Shown: in pieces, positions 55,915 to 64,000 of the stretch
Position numbering within the stretch: position 1 is the stretch's first letter
Layout of the letters: the number at the start of each line of letters is the position of its first letter
Origin: Eledone cirrhosa
Lineage: Eukaryota
Reading direction: 5' to 3'
Assembly (NCBI GenBank): GCA_964016885.1
Contig: OZ024740.1
Coordinates: forward strand, 37,572,001 to 37,636,000
DNA: 64,000 bases
The notes under the pieces: generated by a model
What the model saw: only the letters and a program-made list of their open reading frames with translations
Told to the model about the DNA's origin: nothing
Databases searched by the model: none
Translations under genes and position numbers: made by a program

Positions 55915-58900
55915 GTTAAAGGTAGACATGTGACAGAATATATAGAACACAGTGACCCCTGTTTAAGGTAGACATGTGACAGAATATATAGAACACATTG
56001 ACCCCTGTTAAAGGTAGACATGTGACAGAATATATAGAACACAGTGACCCCTGTTAAAGGTAGACATAGGACAGAATATATAGAACACAGTGACCCCTGT
56101 TAAAGGTAGACATAGGACAGAATATATAGAACACAGTGACCCCTGTTAAAGGTAGACATAGGACAGAATATATAGAACACAGTGACCCCTGTTAAAGGTA
56201 GACATGTGACAGAATATATAGAACACAGTGACCCCTGTTTAAGGTAGACATGTGACAGAATATACAGAACACAGTGACCCTGTTTAAGGTAGACATAGGA
56301 CAGAATATATAGAACACAGAGACCCCTGTTAAAGGTAGACATGTGACAGAATATATAGAACACAGTGACCCCTGTTAAAGGTAGACATAGGACAGAATAT
56401 ATAGAACACAGTGACCACTGTTTAAGGTAGACATAAGACAGAATATATAGAACACAGTGACCCCTGTTAAAGGTAGACATGTGACAGAATATATAGAATA
56501 CAGTGACCCCTGTTAAAGGTAGACATGTGACAGAATATATAGAACACAGTGACCCCTGTTTAAGGTAGACATGTGACAGAATATATAGAACTCAGAGACC
56601 CCTGTTAAAGGTAGACATGTGACAGAATATATAGAACACAGTGACCCCTGTTAAAGGTAGACATAGGACAGAATATCTAGAACACAGTGACCCCTGTTTA
56701 AGGTAGACATAAGACAGAATATATAGAACACAGAGACCCCTGTTAAAGGTAGACATGTGACAGAATATATAGAACGCAGTGACCCCTGTTAAAGGTAGAC
56801 ATGTGACAGAATATATAGAACACAGTGACCCCTGTTAAAAGTAGACATAGGACAGAATATATAGAACACAGTGACCCCTGTTTAAGGTAGACATAAGACA
56901 GAATATATAGAACACAGAGACCCCTGTTAAAGGTAGACATCTGACAGAATATATAGAACTCAGAGACCCCTGTTAAAGGTAGACATGTGACAGAATATAT
57001 AGAACACAGTGACCCCTGTTAAAGGTAGACATAGGACAGAATATATAGAACACAGTGACCCCTGTTTAAGGTAGACATAAGACAGAATATATAGAACACA
57101 GAGACCCCTGTTAAAGGTAGACATGTGACAGAATATATAGAACACAGTGACCCCTGTTAAAGGTAGACATAGGACAGAATATATAGAACACAGTGACCCC
57201 TGTTTAAGGTAGACATAAGACAGAATATATAGAACACAGAGACCCCTGTTAAAGGTAGACATCTGACAGAATATATAGAACTCAGAGACCCCTGTTAAAG
57301 GTAGACATGTGACAGAATATATAGAACACAGTGACCCCTGTTAAAGGTAGACATAGGACAGAATATATAGAACACAGTGACCCCTGTTTAAGGTAGACAT
57401 AAGACAGAATATATAGAACACAGAGACCCCTGTTAAAGGTAGACATGTGACAGAATATATAGAAAGCAGTGACCCCTGTTAAAGGTAGACATGTGACAGA
57501 ATATATAGAACACAGTGACCCCTGTTAAAGGTAGACATAGGACAGAATATATAGAACACAGTGACCCCTGTTTAAGGTAGACATAAGACAGAATATATAG
57601 AACACAGAGACCCCTGTTAAAGGTAGACATGTGACAGAATATATAGAACACAGTGACCCCTGTTAAAGGTAGACATAGGACAGAATATATAGAACACAGT
57701 GACCCCTGTTTAAGGTAGACATAAGACAGAATATATAGAACACAGAGACCCCTGTTAAAGGTAGACATCTGACAGAATATATAGAACTCAGAGACCCCTG
57801 TTAAAGGTAGACATGTGACAGAATATATAGAACACAGTGACCCCTGTTAAAGGTAGACATAGGACAGAATATATAGAACACAGTGACCCCTGTTTAAGGT
57901 AGACATAAGACAGAATATATAGAACACAGAGACCCCTGTTAAAGGTAGACATGTGACAGAATATATAGAACGCAGTGACCCCTGTTAAAGGTAGACATGT
58001 GACAGAATATATAGAACACAGTGACCCCTGTTAAAGGTAGACATAGGACAGAATATATAGAACACAGTGACCCCTGTTTAAGGTAGACATAAGACAGAAT
58101 ATATAGAACACAGAGACCCCTGTTAAAGGTAGACATGTGACAGAATATATAGAACACAGTGACCCCTGTTTAAGGTAGACGTAGGACAGAATATATAGAA
58201 CACAGTGACCCCTGTTAAAGGTAGACATAGGACAGAATATATAGAACACAGTGACCCCTGTTTAAGTTAGAGATAGGACAGAATATATAGAACACAGTGA
58301 CCCCTGTTAAAGGTAGACATGTGAAAGAATATGTAGAACACAGTGACCCCTGTTAAAGGTAGACATGTGACAGAATATATAGAACACAGTGACCCCTGTT
58401 AAAGGTAGACATGTGACAGAATATATAGAACACAGTGACCCCTGTTAAAGGTAGACATGTGACAGAATATATAGAACACAGTGACCCCTGTTAAAGGTAG
58501 ACATGTGACAGAATATATAGAACACAGAGACCCCTGTTAAAGGTAGACATGTGACAGAATATATAGAACACAGTGACCCCTGTTAAAGGTAGACATGTGA
58601 CAGAATATATAGAACACAGTGACCCCTTTTAAAGATAGACATGTGACAGAATATATAGAACACAGTGACCCCTGTTAAAGGTAGACATGTGACAGAATAT
58701 ATAGAACACAGAGACCCCTGTTAAAGGTAGACATGTGACAGAATATATAGAACACAGAGACCCCTGTTAAAGGTAGACATAGGACAGAATATATACAACA
58801 CAGTGACCCCTGTTAAAGGTAGACATGAGACAGAATATATAGAACACAGTGACCCCTGTTAAAGGTAGACAGGTGACAGAATATATAGAACACAGTGATC

Positions 58901-61900
58901 CCTGTTTAAGGTAGACATCGGACAGAATATATAGAACACTGTGAACCCTGTTTAAGGTAGACATGTGACAGAATATATAGAATACAGTGACCCCTGTTAA
59001 AGGTAGACATGTGACAGAATATATGGTACAGAGTGACCCCTGTTAAAGGTAGACATGTGACAGAATATATAGAACACAGTGACCCCTGTTTAAGGTAGAC
59101 ATAGGACAGAATATATAGAACACAGTGACTCCTGTTAAAGGTAGACATAGGACAGATTATATAGAACACAGTGACCCCTGTTTAAGGTAGACATGTGACA
59201 GAATATATAGAACACAGTGACCCCTGTTTAAGGTAGACATATGACAGAATATATAGAACACAGTGACCCCTGTTTAAGGTAGACATAGGACAGATTATAT
59301 AGAACACAGTGACCCCTGTTAAAGGTAGACATGTGACAGAATATATAGAACACAGTGACCCCTGTTAAAGGTAGACATGTGACAGAATATATAGAACACA
59401 GAGACCCCTGTTAGAGGTAGACATGTTACAGAATATATAGAACACAGTGACCCCTGTTAAAGGTAGACATGTGACAGAATATATAGAACACAGTGACCCC
59501 TGTTTAAGGTAGACATGTGACAGAATATATAGAACACAGTGACCCCTGTTAAAGGTAGACATGTGACAGAATATATAGAACACAGAGTCCCCTGTTAAAG
59601 GTTGACATGTGACAGAATATATAGAACACAGTGACCCCTTTTAAAGATAGACATGTGACAGAAAATATAGAACACAGTGACCCCTGTTTAAGGTAGATAT
59701 GTGACAGAATATATAGAACACAGTGACCCCTGTTAAAGGTAGACATGAGACAGAATATATAGAACACAGTGACCCCTGTTTAAGGTAGACATGTGACAGA
59801 ATATATAGAACACAGTGATCCCTGTTTAAGGTAGACATCGGACAGAATATATAGAACACTGTGAACCCTGTTTAAGGTAGACATGTGACAGAATATATAG
59901 AATACAGTGACCCCTGTTAAAGCTAGACATGTGACAGAATATATAGAACACAGTGACCCCTGTTAAAGGTAGACATGTGACAGAAAATATAGAACACAGT
60001 GACCCCTGTTTAAGGTAGCCATGTGACAGAATATATAGAACACAGTGACCCCTGTTTAAGCTAGACATGTGACAGAATATATAGAACACAGTGAAGCCTG
60101 TTTAAGGTAGACATGTGACAGAATATATAGAATACAGTGACCCCTGTTAAAGGTAGACATGTGACAGAATATATAGTACAGAGTGACCCCTGTTAAAGGT
60201 AGACATGTGACAGAATATATAGAACGCAGTGACCCCTGTTAAAGGTAGACATAGGACAGAATATATAGAACACAGTGACCCCTGTTTAAGTTAGAGATAG
60301 GACAGAATATATAGAACACAGTGACCCCTGTTAAAGGTAGACATGTGAAAGAATATATAGAACACAGTGACCCCTGTTAAAGGTAGACATAGGACAGAAT
60401 ACATAGAACACAGTGACCCCTGCTAAATGTAAACATGTGACAGAATATATAGAACATAATGACCCCTGTTAAAGGTAGACATGTGACAGAATATATAGAA
60501 TACAGTGACCCCTGTTAAAGGTAGACATGTGACAGAATATATAGAACACAGTGACTCCTGTTAAAGGTAGACATGTGACAGAATATATAGAACACAGTGA
60601 CCCCTGTTAAAGGTAGACATGTGACAGAATATATAGAACACAGTGACCCCTGTTAAAGGTAGACATGTGACAGAATATATAGAACACAGTGACCCCTGTT
60701 AAAGGTAGACATGTGACAGAATATATAGAACACAGAGACCACTTTTAAAGATAGACATGTGACAGAAAATATAGAACACAGTGACCCCTGTTTAAGGTAG
60801 ACATGTGACAGAATATATAGAACACAGTGACCCCTGTTAAAGGTAGACATGAGACAGAATATATAGAACACAGTGACCCCTGTTTAAGGTAGACAGGTGA
60901 CAGAATATATAGAACACAGTGATCCCTGTTTAAGGTAGACATCGGACAGAATATATAGAACACAGTGACCCCTGTTAAAGGTAGACATAGGACAGATTAT
61001 ATAGAACACAGTGACCCCTGTTTAAGGTAGACATGTGACAGAATATATAGAATACAGTGACCCCTGTTAAAGGTAGACATGTGACAGAATATATGGTACA
61101 GAGTGACCCCTGTTAAAGGTAGACATGTGACGGAATATATAGAACACAGTGACCCCTTTTTAAGGTAGACATAGGACAGAATATATAGAACACAGTGACC
61201 CCTGTTTAAGGTAGACATAGGACAGAATATATAGAACACAGTGACTCCTGTTAAAGGTAGACATAGGACAGATTATATAGAACACAGTGACCCCTGTTTA
61301 AGGTAGACATGTGACAGAATATATAGAACACAGTGACCCCTGTTTAAGGTAGACATATGACAGAATATATAGAACACAGTGACCCCTGTTTAAGGTAGAC
61401 ATAGGACAGAATATATAGAACACAGTGACTCCTGTTAAAGGTAGACATAGGACAGATTATATAGAACACAGTGACCCCTGTTTAAGGTAGACATGTGACA
61501 GAATATATAGAACACAGTGACCCCTGTTTAAGGTAGACATGTGACAGAATATATAGAACTCAGAGACCCCTGTTAAAGGAAGACATGTGACAGAATATAT
61601 AGAACACAGTGACCCCTGTTAAAGGTCGACATGTGACAGAATATATAGAACACAGTGACCCCTGTTAAAGGTAGACATGTGACAGAATATATAGAACACA
61701 GTGACCCCTGTTTAAGGTAGACATAGGACAGAATATATAGAACACAGTGACTCCTGTTAAAGGTAGACATAGGACAGATTATATAGAACACAGTGACCCC
61801 TGTTTAAGGTAGACATGTGACAGAATATATAGAACACAGTGACCCCTGTTTAAGGTAGACATATGACAGAATATATAGAACACAGTGACCCCTGTTTAAG

Positions 61901-64000
61901 GTAGACATAGGACAGATTATATAGAACACAGTGACCCCTGTTAAAGGTAGACATGTGACAGAATATATAGAACACAGTGACCCCTGTTAAAGGTAGACAT
62001 GTGACAGAATATATAGAACACAGAGACCCCTGTTAGAGGTAGACATGTTACAGAATATATAGAACACAGTGACCCCTGTTAAAGGTAGACATGTGACAGA
62101 ATATATAGAACACAGTGACCCCTGTTTAAGGTAGACATGTGACAGAATATATAGAACACAGTGACCCCTGTTAAAGGTAGACATGTGACAGAATATATAG
62201 AACACAGAGTCCCCTGTTAAAGGTTGACACGTGACAGAATATATAGAACACAGTGACCCCTTTTAAAGATAGACATGTGACAGAAAATATAGAACACAGT
62301 GACCCCTGTTTAAGGTAGACATGTGACAGAATATATAGAACACAGTGACCCCTGTTAAAGGTAGACATGAGACAGAATATATAGAACACAGTGACCCCTG
62401 TTTAAGGTAGACATGTGACAGAATATATAGAACACAGTGATCCCTGTTTAAGGTAGACATGTGACAGAATATATAGAACACTGTGAACCCTGTTTAAGGT
62501 AGCCATGTGACAGAATATATAGAACACAGTGACCCCTGTTTAAGCTAGACATGTGACAGAATATATAGAACACAGTGAAGCCTGTTTAAGGTAGACATGT
62601 GACAGAATATATAGAATACAGTGACCCCTGTTAAAGGTAGACATGTGACAGAATATATAGTACAGAGTGACCCCTGTTAAAGGTAGACATGTGACAGAAT
62701 ATATAGAACGCAGTGACCCCTGTTAAAGGTAGACATAGGACAGAATATATAGAACACAGTGACCCCTGTTTAAGTTAGAGATAGGACAGAATATATAGAA
62801 CACAGTGACCCCTGTTAAAGGTAGACATGTGAAAGAATATATAGAACACAGTGACCCCTGTTAAAGGTAGACATAGGACAGAATACATAGAACACAGTGA
62901 CCCCTGCTAAATGTAAACATGTGACAGAATATATAGAACATAATGACCCCTGTTAAAGGTAGACATGTGACAGAATATATAGAATACAGTGACCCCTGTT
63001 AAAGGTAGACATGTGACAGAATATATAGAACACAGTGACTCCTGTTAAAGGTAGACATGTGACAGAATATATAGAACACAGTGACCCCTGTTAAAGGTAG
63101 ACATGTGACAGAATATATAGAACACAGTGACCCCTGTTAAAGGTAGACATGTGACAGAATATATAGAACACAGTGACCCCTGTTAAAGGTAGACATGTGA
63201 CAGAATATATAGAACACAGAGACCACTTTTAAAGATAGACATGTGACAGAAAATATAGAACACAGTGACCCCTGTTTAAGGTAGACATGTGACAGAATAT
63301 ATAGAACACAGTGACCCCTGTTAAAGGTAGACATGAGACAGAATATATAGAACACAGTGACCCCTGTTTAAGGTAGACAGGTGACAGAATATATAGAACA
63401 CAGTGATCCCTGTTTAAGGTAGACATCGGACAGAATATATAGAACACAGTGACCCCTGTTAAAGGTAGACATAGGACAGATTATATAGAACACAGTGACC
63501 CCTGTTTAAGGTAGACATGTGACAGAATATATAGAATACAGTGACCCCTATTAAAGGTAGACATGTGACAGAATATATGGTACAGAGTGACCCCTGTTAA
63601 AGGTAGACATGTGACAGAATATATAGAACACAGTGACCCCTTTTTAAGGTAGACATAGGACAGAATATATAGAACACAGTGACCCCTGTTTAAGGTAGAC
63701 ATAGGACAGAATATATAGAACACAGTGACTCCTGTTAAAGGTAGACATAGGACAGATTATATAGAACACAGTGACCCCTGTTTAAGGTAGACATGTGACA
63801 GAATATATAGAACACAGTGACCCTTGTTTAAGGTAGACATATGACAGAATATATAGAACACAGTGACCCCTGTTTAAGGTAGACATAGGACAGAATATAT
63901 AGAACACAGTGACTCCTGTTAAAGGTAGACATAGGACAGATTATATAGAACACAGTGACCCCTGTTTAAGGTAGACATGTGACAGAATATATAGAACACA

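Larger units (their letters stand above)
1..64000. repeat. 46-bp tandem satellite DNA array, 1391 monomers + 22 bp, single orientation, extends beyond both window ends
   Basis: The monomer GTGACAGAATATATAGAACACAGTGACCCCTGTTAAAGGTAGACAT starts at 1, 47, 93, etc. The last monomer starts at 63979, and 63978+8 = 1391x46, so the register is fully explained by eight 1-bp deletions. Most monomers differ from consensus at 0-4 positions. Confidence 0.99.
47590..64000. repeat. Tandem duplication of an 8279-bp (180-monomer, one of them 45 bp) unit: ~47590-55868 and ~55869-64000+
   Basis: ORF pairs 47821/56100, 49154/57433, 52374/60653 and 55202/63481 all have a constant offset of 8279. The 45-bp monomer recurs at 47997 and 56276. 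Confidence 0.92.

Noticed and set aside
447-63723. Numerous minus-strand ORFs (61-256 aa) as protein-coding genes
   Set aside because: All are the same three-frame translation of the 46-bp repeat. Starts and stops follow monomer variants, and there is no unique domain or gene context.
1-64000. CRISPR array
   Set aside because: The repeats abut directly with no unique spacers, leader or cas genes.
1-64000. Hidden transposon, gene or RNA gene inserted in the array
   Set aside because: The 46-bp register holds from start to end apart from eight 1-bp deletions, and I saw no non-satellite sequence.
1-64000. Telomeric repeat or G-quadruplex array
   Set aside because: There is only one G4 run per 46 bp on the minus strand, with 42-nt gaps, and no canonical telomere motif or chromosome-end evidence.

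Overview
The whole 64-kb window is one uninterrupted head-to-tail tandem array of a 46-bp satellite (consensus GTGACAGAATATATAGAACACAGTGACCCCTGTTAAAGGTAGACAT; 18/46 GC, no CpG, A-rich + strand), comprising 1391 monomers plus 22 bp and running off both window edges. I see no genes, RNA genes, transposon insertions, inversions or CRISPR spacers. All listed minus-strand ORFs are translation artefacts of the repeat. The information lies in the monomer variants, which show a nested amplification history: whole-monomer tandem duplications with offsets of about 16.9-14.7 kb, 8279 bp (180 monomers), 3036 bp (66), 2622/2484 bp (57/54) and 1978 bp (43), plus local 3-/4-monomer higher-order repeats and a patchwork recombinant zone. 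Only eight monomers are 45 bp long, and they derive from two deletion mutations. Most monomers carry an exact RSS heptamer (CACAGTG) and a CDEI/E-box-type motif (GTCACATG, minus strand), both of unproven significance. The array looks like eukaryotic heterochromatic satellite DNA; I cannot assign the family or organism, and I do not see a supportable novel gene system.
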